Assembly: GCA_964016885.1 (NCBI GenBank)
Contig: OZ024750.1
Coordinates: 42,656,001-42,720,000, forward strand
Origin: Eledone cirrhosa
Lineage: Eukaryota
Direction: 5' to 3'
DNA: 64,000 bases
In this document: one piece after another, positions 1 through 13,000 of the stretch
How the letters are laid out: each line of letters begins with the position of its first letter
How positions within the stretch are numbered: the stretch's first letter is position 1
Made by a program: the position numbers and the translations under genes
Notes under the pieces: model-generated
What the model saw: only the letters and a program-made list of their open reading frames with translations
Told to the model about the DNA's origin: nothing
The model's database searches: none

Positions 1-50
1 CTGAGGAGTCTGGATGGAACCTAGGTCACAGACTTCTCACCTTCAAATAT

Positions 51-82
<32 letters not shown>

Positions 83-445
83 CTTCACCACCATCATTAT
101 CACACACACCCCACACACACACACACACACCACCATCTTCATCCCCACCACCACCACCATCATCATCATCCCCCCCACCACCATCACTATCATCATCATC
201 CCCACCGCCACCACCATCACCCCCCACCACCACCATCATCATCATCATCATCACCATCATCACCATTTTCTTAGGTCAACTATTCCATGCTGGCATGGCT
301 TTGGACAGGATGGTTTGATACACACACACACACACACACACACATACACACAAACCCACACAAACATACACACAAACAAACACACACAAATACACACACA
401 CAAACACACACAAACAGACACAGAAACACACACACACACACACAA

Positions 446-495
<50 letters not shown>

Positions 496-504
496 ACACA
501 CACA
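51..504. repeat. Compound microsatellites (CAG)n, (CAC/CAT)n, (CA)n
   Basis: Simple repeats visible directly; a short SINE-tail-like piece sits at ~260-318. Confidence 0.95.
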
Positions 505-569
505 TGTATGAGTAATCAGAAAACGGGTAACAAAATATATTAGTTTAACACTTGATATAGTAGGAAAAG

Positions 570-606
570 AGTCTTATAGTTTCAGACGCAAGTCCTTCAT
601 CAGAAG
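570..606 (-). ncRNA. Degenerate minimal hammerhead ribozyme core (Penelope-like element type)
   Basis: Minus strand reads CTGATGA-A-GGAC-TTGC-GTCT-GAAAC, i.e. core boxes plus stem II. The expected GUH triplet reads GAC, so it is probably inactive. Confidence 0.5.
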
Positions 607-827
607 AAAGAATGAGAAATAAAAGAAGAAATTGAAAGACAGGGGAGAGTGAGAAGATGAAGAAATGGAAAAAAAAATATACATATATACATAAATATAT
701 ATCATCATCACCGTTTTACGTCCGTTCTTCCACGCTAGCATGGGTTAGACGGGTTGTCCTGTTGTGGGCAGTGTCTGGTCGGCTGACCATGCTTTGCTCA
801 TACAGGAACTGTATATATGTATATATA

Positions 828-951
828 TAGAAGTGGTTACACAACAGTTAGTTCACCATACCGAGAACAATTGTTTGACCTTAGCGGATCCTCAGTAAGA
901 TGAAACAATTGTTCTCGGTATGGTGAACTAACTGTTGTGTAACCACTTCTA
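828..951. repeat. Perfect 49-bp inverted repeat with 26-nt loop
   Basis: 828-876 TAGAAGTGG...AATTGTTT is the exact reverse complement of 903-951. Confidence 0.95.
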
Positions 952-1129
952 ACTAACTCGTCCCATGGACTGAGTGCTCTACCACTACGGATATTACCTT
1001 CCAGTGTACTATATATATATATATATAATTGGAAATCAGTAAAATCGAATCTCTGGCGGTTTGCAAGTAATTCGGCCTACTTATATGAAGTGATGGGTTA
1101 GCAAAGCACTCGATAAGACAGGTCTCAGA

Positions 1130-1133
<4 letters not shown>

Positions 1134-1180
<47 letters not shown>

Positions 1181-1281
1181 ATGTATGTATGTATATATAT
1201 ATGTATGTATGTATATATATATATATATGTATGTATGTGTATATATATATATATGTATGTGTATATATATATATATATATG

Positions 1282-1317
<36 letters not shown>
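1134..1317. repeat. (TA)n/(TATG)n microsatellite
   Basis: Simple repeat. Confidence 0.95.
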
Positions 1318-1322
<5 letters not shown>

Positions 1323-2708
1323 TTTGATGATATCATCCTGGGGTTCTGTAACGGGGCACTGGAGAAAGGAGTTGCCCCGAATCAGTGGAGGATCAGTAAC
1401 ATCGTCCCAGTGCCAAAGAAGGGAGATCTCTCTAACACCAACAACTACCGGGGGATCTCACTGACGTCACTTGTGGCAAAGACCCTCAACAGGATGATTC
1501 TTAACAGGATCCAGCCTGAGATGGAGAAGAAGCTCAGGGACAACCTGAACGGCTTCAGAGAGGGTAGATCAACCACCAGTCACATCCTGATGCTGAGGAG
1601 GATATTAGAGGGAGCTAGAGCAAAGTGCCTTCCTGCGGACATGGTTTTCATTGACTTTAGGAAGGCCTTTGATTCTGTGAACCGTTACTGCTTGATGAAT
1701 ATCCAAGAGGATAGTGGACCTGATATCACTGCTCTACACCAACACCAAAGCCCAAGTCATTACACCTGATGGGATGACAGAGTTCTTTGAGATACTGGCT
1801 GGAGTGCTCCAGGGAGATACATTGGCTCCCTACCTTTTTATCATCGTAGTGGACTATTGTATGCGCCTTGCACTGGAGAAACACCAGGACACTGGCTTTA
1901 CTGTAGCACCGGCTCAGAGCAGGAGAGTTGGGGCGAAAAAGGTATCGGATGCTGAATTTGCCGACGACATAGTTTTGGTGACAAATACAGTGAAGGAGGC
2001 AGAGGATTTGATGCGGGAGGTTGAGACTGTATCGATGAGTGTGGGGCTGAGAATGAATGAGACTAAAACAAAATATCTGGTAGAGAATGTTGAGAAGCCA
2101 GAGGGGATCACTAATGTAGGCGGGAAGCCGCTGGAATTGGTTGAGGACTTCCTGAATTTGGGAGCAAAGATTGGGAATACGGAAGATGATGTGGTTGAGA
2201 GGAAGAGCAAGGCCTGGGCGGCGTGTCACAGCTTGAGATCGGTGTGGAAGTCGGACCTTCGTAGAGACCTGAAAATCCGCCTCCTCATTGCTGTAGTGGA
2301 GTCTGTGCTGCTGTATGGGTCTGAGACTTGGACACTGACCAAGAGACTCACTCAGGTGGTGGATGGGTGCTACACGAGAATGCTGAGGATGGCTCTGAAC
2401 ATTAATCAGTATACACTGAGGATGAAAAACTCAGAGCTGTATGGGAGCATCCCAAAAGTCAGCTCAAAAGTGACACAGAGGAGACTGAGGTTGGCTGGAT
2501 ATGCTCACCGACATCCAGAGTTGACATTGCACTCAGTGCTCCTTTGGGAGCCCCTACATGGACACACTAGAAGAGTAAGACCAAGGTTAACATATGTCGA
2601 TGCCCTAAGGACAGTCTGTTGGAGATGCAGGATATGGCAGCGATAATGAGGGACAGAGACCGCTGGAGAGAACTCGTCCATGGATCTCGGGAATTTTACC
2701 CGCCTTAG
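1318..2708 (+). mobile_element. 5'-truncated RTE-type non-LTR retrotransposon (RT and C-terminus, frameshifted)
   Basis: Motifs [66 protein letters not shown]. Frameshifts near 1710 and 2615; last frame ends ...RDRWRELVHGSREFYPP* at 2706-2708. Flanked by (TA)n on both sides. Confidence 0.9.
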
Positions 2709-2726
2709 ATATATATATATATAATA

Positions 2727-3070
2727 GAGGCACATGGCTTAGTGGTTAGAGCATTGGCCTTGCAATCAAAAGGTTGTGAGGTTCAATTCTCAGACCGGGT
2801 GATGTGTTGTTTCCTTGAGCAAGACACTTTATTTCACATTGCTCCAGTTTACTCAGCTGTAGAAATGAGATGATAGGGACTGGGGTCCATATCATTCCAC
2901 TGCAAGTGCCACGGAGGTGCCACGGCAAAAAAGCACCCAGCACTCACTGTAAATGAGGTTGGTGTTAGGAAGGGCATCCAGCTGTAGAAATCAAGCCAGA
3001 ATCAGTTCCCGTCCCACCCTTGCAAGTAGGGAAAAGCGGACATAAAATGAAATGAAAAGGATAAAATGAT
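2727..3070 (+). mobile_element. tRNA-head SINE, family A (CORE-like middle, (ATG)n-type tail)
   Basis: A box TGGCTTAGTGG, B box GGTTCAATTC, CCTTGAGCAAGACACTT segment; near-identical copies at 32640, 38290 and 46444. Confidence 0.85.
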
Positions 3071-3239
3071 ATATATATGTATATAGAAATATTAAAACAA
3101 TGATATATTTTTGACTCTGTATCCAATGAATTATATCGTTGAAAATTTGTATTTTAAACTTTGCTTCACGACATCTACATACGGATTACATTGAGTTCTT
3201 CATACGGATTAGACCCTACCATTGATTGGTAGATTTATC

Positions 3240-3316
<77 letters not shown>

Positions 3317-3775
3317 TTATTAAAATAACAGATTAAAGTTTAAGCAAAGAATCGCTGATTTCACCCTTAACGGGATCTTCTGAAACTAAAAAAGTCAATC
3401 TGTGAATGCAGAAGTGAAATAAAATAAAATAACAAGGACGATTGGTTACTCCTTCATTACGTTTATTGGTAGGTGACGTGCGTTTTGCCACTGATCAGTT
3501 CAAGGTTCGATCTGTATCGATCTAACCCAACTCTGTAATCCACAGCTCGTCACACCCCTTGTAATGAAAAATGGATATATATATAATTAGAAAATATATA
3601 GCTTTCACCGTATTTTTGACTAAAGGAATTGTTTAGCTTGATAACGGGGTTTAGAACCCTCAGATAAATGGAAAAAGATGAGTATTGACGTTGCATGGTA
3701 GTATTACCAAGTATTTGGCCAGCATGTGTGATATTGATAAAGATATCCACTGCTATCCATTGATATCCACACAGT

Positions 3776-3827
<52 letters not shown>

Positions 3828-4035
3828 TGTGATATGATGATATGAGAAACATCAGACAGGTTGTTGACAGTGATACTACTCTAAATTAACAAGAGACATG
3901 ATGCTGAAGTATTTTCACAGAATTCATCACCAGGCAACATTACGCTTCGTTGATAAAAGCCAAATTGATTTCATCTGAGAAAAGAAAACCTATTGAATCT
4001 CTACAGTTTGAAACCAAAAAAAAATGTATTTTCTC

Positions 4036-7000
4036 TCCCTTTGACTTCCATCGATATTTGGAATATTCCAAAATTGTGGAACATTGTTTCCCTTCCTTCC
4101 CTTTGACTTCCATCTCTGATATTTGGAATATTCCAAAATTGTGGAACATTGTTTCCCTTCCTTCCCTTTGACTTCCATCTCTGATATTTGGAATATTCCA
4201 AAATTGTGGAACATTGTTTCCCTTCCTTCCCTTTGACTTCCATCTCTGATATTTGGAATATTCCAAAATTGTGGAACATTGTTTCCCTTCCTTCCCTTTG
4301 ACTTCCATCTCTGATATTTGGAATATTCCAAAATTGTGGAACATTGTTTCCCTTCCTTCCCTTTGACTTCCATCTCTGATATTTGGAATATTCCAAAATT
4401 GTGGAACATTGTTTCCCTTCCTTCCCTTTGACTTCCATCTCTGATATTTGGAATATTCCAAAATTGTGGAACATTGTTTCCCTTCCTTCCCTTTGACTTC
4501 CATCTCTGATATTTGGAATATTCCAAAATTGTGGAACATTGTTTCCCTTCCTTCCCTTTGACTTCCATCTCTGATATTTGGAATATTCCAAAATTGTGGA
4601 ACATTGTTTCCCTTCCTTCCCTTTGACTTCCATCGATATTTGGAATATTCCAAAATTGTGGAACATTGTTTCCCTTCCTTCCCTTTGACTTCCATCTCTG
4701 ATATTTGGAATATTCCAAAATTGTGGAACATTGTTTCCCTTCCTTCCCTTTGACTTCCATCTCTGATATTTGGAATATTCCAAAATTGTGGAACATTGTT
4801 TCCCTTCCTTCCCTTTGACTTCCATCTCTGATATTTGGAATATTCCAAAATTGTGGAACATTGTTTCCCTTCCTTCCCTTTGACTTCCATCGATATTTGG
4901 AATATTCCAAAATTGTGGAACATTGTTTCCATTCCTTCCCTTTGACTTCCATCTCTGATATTTGGAATATTCCAAAATTGTGGAACATTGTTTCCCTTCC
5001 TTCCCTTTGACTTCCATCTCTGATATTTGGAATATTCCAAAATTGTGGAACATTGTTTCCCTTCCTTCCCTTTGACTTCCATCTCTGATATTTGGAATAT
5101 TCCAAAATTGTGGAACATTGTTTCCCTTCCTTCCCTTTGACTTCCATCGATATTTGGAATATTCCAAAATTGTGGAACATTGTTTCCCTTCCTTCCCTTT
5201 GACTTCCATCTCTGATATTTGGAATATTCCAAAATTGTGGAACATTGTTTCCCTTCCTTCCCTTTGACTTCCATCTCTGATATTTGGAATATTCCAAAAT
5301 TGTGGAACATTGTTTCCCTTCCTTCCCTTTGACTTCCATCTCTGATATTTGGAATATTCCAAAATTGTGGAACATTGTTTCCCTTCCTTCCCTTTGACTT
5401 CCATCTCTGATATTTGGAATATTCCAGAATTGTGGAACATTGTTTCCCTTCCTTCCCTTTGACTTCCATCTCTGATATTTGGAATATTCCAGAATTGTGG
5501 AACATTGTTTCCCTTCCTTCCCTTTGACTTCCATCTCTGATATTTGGAATATTCCAAAATTGTGGAACATTGTTTTCCCTCCTTCCCTTTGACTTCCATC
5601 TCTGATATTTGGAATATTCCAAAATTGTGGAACATTGTTTCCCTTCCTTCCCTTTGACTTCCATCTCTGATATTTGGAATATTCCAAAATTGTGGAACAT
5701 TGTTTCCCTTCCTTCCCTTTGACTTCCATCTCTGATATTTGGAATATTCCAAAATTGTGGAACATTGTTTCCCTTCCTTCCCTTTGACTTCCATCTCTGA
5801 TATTTGGAATATTCCAAAATTGTGGAACATTGTTTCCCTTCCTTCCCTTTGACTTCCATCTCCGATATTTGGAATATTCCAAAATTGTGGAACATTGTTT
5901 CCCTTCCTTCCCTTTGACTTCCATCTCTGATATTTGGAATATTCCAAAATTGTGGAACATTGTTTCCCTTCCTTCCCTTTGACTTCCATCTCTGATATTT
6001 GGAATATTCCAAAATTGTGGAACATTGTTTCCCTTCCCTTTGACTCCCATCTCTGATATTTGGAATATTCCAAAATTGTGGAACATTGTTTCCCTTCCTT
6101 CCCTTTGACTTCCATCGATATTTGGAATATTCCAAAATTGTGGAACATTGTTTCCCTTCCTTCCCTTTGACTTCCATCTCTGATATTTGGAATATTCCAA
6201 AATTGTGGAACATTGTTTCCCTTCCTTCCCTTTGACTTCCATCTCTGATATTTGGAATATTCCAAAATTGTGGAACATTGTTTCCCTTCCTTCCCTTTGA
6301 CTTCCATCTCTGATATTTGGAATATTCCAAAATTGTGGAACATTGTTTCCCTTCCTTCCCTTTGACTTCCATCTCTGATATTTGGAATATGCCAAAATTG
6401 TGGAACATTGTTTGCTTTCTTCCCTTTGACTTCCATCTCTGATATTTGGAATATTCCAAAATTATGGAACATTGTTTCCCTTCCTTCCCTTTGACTTCCA
6501 TCTCTGATATTTGGAATATTCCAAAATTGTGGAACATTGTTTCCCTTCCTTCCCTTTGACTTCCATCGATATTTGGAATATTCCAAAATTGTGGAACATT
6601 GTTTCCCTTCCTTCCCTTTGACTTCCATCGATATTTGGAATATTCCAAAATTGTGGAACATTGTTTCCCTTCCTTCCCTTTGACTTCCATCTCTGATATT
6701 TGGAATATTCCAAAATTGTGGAACATTGTTTCCCTTCCCTTTGACTCCCATCTCTGATATTTGGAATATTCCAAAATTGTGGAACATTGTTTCCCTTCCT
6801 TCCCTTTGACTTCCATCGATATTTGGAATATTCCAAAATTGTGGAACATTGTTTCCCTTCTTTCCCTTTGACTTCCATCGATATTTGGAATATTCCAAAA
6901 TTGTGGAACATTGTTTCCCTTCCTTCCCTTTGACTTCCATCTCTGATATTTGGAATATTCCAAAATTGTGGAACATTGTTTCCCTTCCCTTTGACTCCCA

Positions 7001-10000
7001 TCTCTGATATTTGGAATATTCCAAAATTGTGGAACATTGTTTCCCTTTCTTCCCTTTGACTTCCATCTCTGATATTTGGAATATTCCAAAATTGTGGAAC
7101 ATTGTTTCCCTTCCTTCCCTTTGACTTCCATCTCTGATATTTGGAATATTCCAAAATTGTGGAACATTGTTTCCCTTCCTTCCCTTTGACTTCCATCGAT
7201 ATTTGGAATATTCCAAAATTGTGGAACATTGTTTCCCTTCCTTCCCTTTGACTTCCATCTCTGATATTTGGAATATTCCAAAATTGTGGAACATTGTTTC
7301 CCTTCCTTCCCTTTGACTTCCATCTCTGATATTTGGAATATTCCAAAATTGTGGAACATTGTTTCCCTTCCTTCCCTTTGACTTCCATCGATATTTGGAA
7401 TATTCCAAAATTGTGGAACATTGTTTCCCTTCCTTCCCTTTGACTTCCATCTCTGATATTTGGAATATTCCAAAATTGTGGAACATTGTTTCCCTTCCTT
7501 CCCTTTGACTTCCATCGATATTTGGAATATTCCAAAATTGTGGAACATTGTTTCCCTTCCTTCCCTTTGACTTCCATCTCTGATATTTGGAATATTCCAA
7601 AATTGTGGAACATTGTTTCCCTTCCTTCCCTTTGACTTCCATCTCTGATATTTGGAATATTCCAAAATTTTGGAACATTGTTTCCCTTCCTTCCCTTTGA
7701 CTTCCATCGATATTTGGAATATTCCAAAATTGTGGAACATTGTTTCCCTTCCTTCCCTTTGACTTCCATCTCTGATATTTGGAATATTCCAAAATTGTGG
7801 AACATTGTTTCCCTTCCTTCCCTTTGACTTCCATCGATATTTGGAATATTCCAAAATTGTGGAACATTGTTTCCCTTCCTTCCCTTTGACTTCCATCTCT
7901 GATATTTGGAATATTCCAAAATTGTGGAACATTGTTTCCCTTCCTTCCCTTTGACTTCCATCTCTGATATTTGGAATATTCCAAAATTGTGGAACATTGT
8001 TTCCCTTCCTTCCCTTTGACTTCCATCTCTGATATTTGGAATATTCCAAAATTTTGGAACATTGTTTCCCTTCCTTCCCTTTGACTTCCATCGATATTTG
8101 GAATATTCCAAAATTGTGGAACATTGTTTCCCTTCCTTCCCTTTGACTTCCATCTCTGATATTTGGAATATTCCAAAATTGTGGAACATTGTTTCCCTTC
8201 CTTCCCTTTGACTTCCATCTCTGATATTTGGAATATTCCAAAATTGTGGAACATTGTTTCCCTTCCTTCCCTTTGACTTCCATCTCTGATATTTGGAATA
8301 TTCCAAAATTTTGGAACATTGTTTCCCTTCCTTCCCTTTGACTTCCATCGATATTTGGAATATTCCAAAATTGTGGAACATTGTTTCCCTTCCTTCCCTT
8401 TGACTTCCATCTCTGATATTTGGAATATTCCAAAATTGTGGAACATTGTTTCCCTTCCTTCCCTTTGACTTCCATCTCTGATATTTGGAATATTCCAAAA
8501 TTGTGGAACATTGTTTCCCTTCCTTCCCTTTGACTTCCATCGATATTTGGAATATTCCAAAATTGTGGAACATTGTTTCCCTTCCTTCCCTTTGACTTCC
8601 ATCTCTGATATTTGGAATATTCCAAAATTGTGGAACATTGTTTCCCTTCCTTCCCTTTGACTTCCATCTCTGATATTTGGAATATTCCAAAATTGTGGAA
8701 CATTGTTTCCCTTCCTTCCCTTTGACTTCCATCTCTGATATTTGGAATATTCCAAAATTGTGGAACATTGTTTCCCTTCCTTCCCTTTGACTTCCATCTC
8801 TGATATTTGGAATATTCCAAAATTGTGGAACATTGTTTCCCTTCCTTCCCTTTGACTTCCATCTCTGATATTTGGAATATTCCAAAATTTTGGAACATTG
8901 TTTCCCTTCCTTCCCTTTGACTTCCATCGATATTTGGAATATTCCAAAATTGTGGAACATTGTTTCCCTTCCTTCCCTTTGACTTCCATCTCTGATATTT
9001 GGAATATTCCAAAATTGTGGAACATTGTTTCCCTTCCTTCCCTTTGACTTCCATCTCTGATATTTGGAATATTCCAAAATTGTGGAACATTGTTTCCCTT
9101 CCTTCCCTTTGACTTCCATCTCTGATATTTGGAATATTCCAAAATTTTGGAACATTGTTTCCCTTCCTTCCCTTTGACTTCCATCGATATTTGGAATATT
9201 CCAAAATTGTGGAACATTGTTTCCCTTCCTTCCCTTTGACTTCCATCTCTGATATTTGGAATATTCCAAAATTGTGGAACATTGTTTCCCTTCCTTCCCT
9301 TTGACTTCCATCTCTGATATTTGGAATATTCCAAAATTGTGGAACATTGTTTCCCTTCCTTCCCTTTGACTTCCATCTCTGATATTTGGAATATTCCAAA
9401 ATTGTGGAACATTGTTTCCCTTCCTTCCCTTTGACTTCCATCGATATCTGGAATATTCCAAAATTGTGGAACATTGTTTCCCTTCCTTCCCTTTGACTTC
9501 CATCTCTGATATTTGGAATATTCCAAAATTGTGGAACATTGTTTCCCTTCCTTCCCTTTGACTTCCATCTCTGATATTTGGAATATTCCAAAATTGTGGA
9601 ACATTGTTTCCCTTCCTTCCCTTTGACTTCCATCGATATTTGGAATATTCCAAAATTGTGGAACATTGTTTCCCTTCCTTCCCTTTGACTTCCATCTCTG
9701 ATATTTGGAATATTCCAAAATTGTGGAACATTGTTTCCCTTCCTTCCCTTTGACTTCCATCTCTGATATTTGGAATATTCCAAAATTGTGGAACATTGTT
9801 TCCCTTCCTTCCCTTTGACTTCCATCTCTGATATTTGGAATATTCCAAAATTGTGGAACATTGTTTTCCCTTCCTTCCCTTTGACTTCCATCGATATTTG
9901 GAATATTCCAAAATTGTGGAACATTGTTTCCCTTCCTTCCCTTTGACTTATATTTGGAATATTCCAAAATTGTGGAACATTGTTTCCCTTCCTTCCCTTT

Positions 10001-13000
10001 GACTTCCATCTCTGATATTTTGGAATATTCCAAAATTGTGGAACATTGTTTCCCTTCCTTCCCTTTGACTTCCATCTCTGATATTTGGAATATTCCAAAA
10101 TTGTGGAACATTGTTTCCCTTCCTTCCCTTTGACTTCCCATCTCTGATATTTGGAATATTCCAAAATTGTGGAACATTGTTTCCCTTCCTTCCCTTTGAC
10201 TTCCATCTCTGATATTTGGAATATTCCAAAATTGTGGAACATTGTTTCCCTTCCTTCCCTTTGACTTCCATCGATATTTGGAATATTCCAAAATTGTGGA
10301 ACATTGTTTCCCTTCCTTCCCTTTGACTTCCATCTCTGATATTTGGAATATTCCAAAATTGTGGAACATTGTTTCCCTTCCTTCCCTTTGACTTCCATCT
10401 CTGATATTTGGAATATTCCAAAATTGTGGAACATTGTTTCCCTTCCTTCCCTTTGACTTCCATCTCTGATATTTGGAATATTCCAAAATTGTGGAACATT
10501 GTTTCCCTTCCTTCCCTTTGACTTCCATCTCTGATATTTGGAATATTCCAAAATTGTGGAACATTGTTTCCCTTCCTTCCCTTTGACTTCCATCTCTGAT
10601 ATTTGGAATATTCCAAAATTGTGGAACATTGTTTCCCTTCCTTCCCTTTGACTTCCATCTCTGATATTTGGAATATTCCAAAATTGTGGAACATTGTTTC
10701 CCTTCCTTCCCTTTGACTTCCATCTCTGATATTTGGAATATTCCAAAATTGTGGAACATTGTTTCCCTTCCTTCCCTTTGACTTCCATCTCTGATATTTG
10801 GAATATTCCAAAATTGTGGAACATTGTTTCCCTTCCTTCCCTTTGACTTCCATCTCTGATATTTGGAATATTCCAAAATTGTGGAACATTGTTTCCCTTC
10901 CTTCCCTTTGACTTCCATCTCTGATATTTGGAATATTCCAAAATTGTGGAACATTGTTTCCCTTCCTTCCCTTTGACTTCCATCGATATTTGGAATATTC
11001 CAAAATTGTGGAACATTGTTTCCCTTCCTTCCCTTTGACTTCCATCTCTGATATTTGGAATATTCCAAAATTGTGGAACATTGTTTCCCTTCCTTTCCCT
11101 TTGACTTCCATCGATATTTGGAATATTCCAAAATTGTGGAACATTGTTTCCCTTCCTTCCCTTTGACTTCCATCTCTGATATTTGGAATATTCCAAAATT
11201 GTGGAACATTGTTTCCCTTCCTTCCCTTTGACTTCCATCTCTGATATTTGGAATATTCCAAAATTGTGGAACATTGTTTCCCTTCCTTCCCTTTGACTTC
11301 CATCTCTGATATTTGGAATATTCCAAAATTGTGGAACATTGTTTCCCTTCCTTCCCTTTGACTTCCATCTCTGATATTTGGAATATTCCAAAATTGTGGA
11401 ACATTGTTTCCCTTCCTTCCCTTTGACTTCCATCGATATTTGGAATATTCCCAAATTGTGGAACATTGTTTCCCTTCCTTCCCTTTGACTTCCATCGATA
11501 TTTGGAATATTCCAAAATTGTGGAACATTGTTTCCCTTCTTTCCCTTTGACTTCCATCTCTGATATTTGGAATATTCCAAAATTGTGGAACATTGTTTCC
11601 CTTCCTTCCCTTTGACTTCCATCTCTGATATTTGGAATATTCCAAAATTGTGGAACATTGTTTCCCTTCCTTCCCTTTGACTTCCATCTCTGATATTTGG
11701 AATATTCCAAAATTGTGGAACATTGTTTCCCTTCCTTCCCTTTGACTTCCATCTCTGATATTTGGAATATTCCAAAATTGTGGAACATTGTTTCCCTTCC
11801 TTCCCTTTGACTTCCATCTATGATATTTGGAATATTCCAAAATTGTGGAACATTGTTTCCCTTCCTTCCCTTTGACTTCCATCTCTGATATTTGGAATAT
11901 TCCAAAATTGTGGAACATTGTTTCCCTTCCTTCCCTTTGACTTCCATCTCTGATATTTGGAATATTCTAAAATTGTGGAACATTGTTTCCCTTCCTTCCC
12001 TTTGACTTCCATCTCTGATATTTGGAATATTCTAAAATTGTGGAACATTGTTTCCCTTCCTTCCCTTTGACTTCCATCTCTGATATTTGGAATATTCCAA
12101 AATTGTGGAACATTGTTTCCCTTCCTTCCCTTTGACTTCCATCTATGATATTTGGAATATTCCAAAATTGTGGAACATTGTTTCCCTTCCTTCCCTTTGA
12201 CTTCCATCTCTGATATTTGGAATATTCCAAAATTGTGGAACATCGTTTCCCTTTCTTCCCTTTGACTTCCATCGATATTTGGAATATTCCCAAATTGTGG
12301 AACATTGTTTCCCTTCCTTCCCTTTGACTTCCATCTCTGATATTTGGAATATTCTAAAATTGTGGAACATTGTTTCCCTTCCTTCCCTTTGACTTCCATC
12401 TCTGATATTTGGAATATTCCAAAATTGTGGAACATTGTTTCCCTTCCTTCCCTTTGACTTCCATCTCTGATATTTGGAATATTCCAAAATTGTGGAACAT
12501 TGTTTCCCTTCCTTCCCTTTGACTTCCATCTCTGATATTTGGAATATTCCAAAATTGTGGAACATTGTTTCCCTTCCTTCCCTTTGACTTCCATCGATAT
12601 TTGGAATATTCCAAAATTGTGGAACATTGTTTCCCTTCCTTCCCTTTGACTTCCATCGATATTTGGAATATTCCAAAATTGTGGAACATTGTTTCCCTTC
12701 TTTCCCTTTGACTTCCATCTCTGATATTTGGAATATTCCAAAATTGTGGAACATTGTTTCCCTTCCTTCCCTTTGACTTCCATCTCTGATATTTGGAATA
12801 TTCCAAAATTGTGGAACATTGTTTCCCTTCCTTCCCTTTGACTTCCATCTCTGATATTTGGAATATTCCAAAATTGTGGAACATTGTTTCCCTTCCTTCC
12901 CTTTGACTTCCATCTCTGATATTTGGAATATTCCAAAATTGTGGAACATTGTTTCCCTTCCTTCCCTTTGACTTCCATCTATGATATTTGGAATATTCCA

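Noticed and set aside
2727-2800. tRNA gene
   Set aside because: The A/B boxes belong to a multi-copy SINE head and no cloverleaf is evident.
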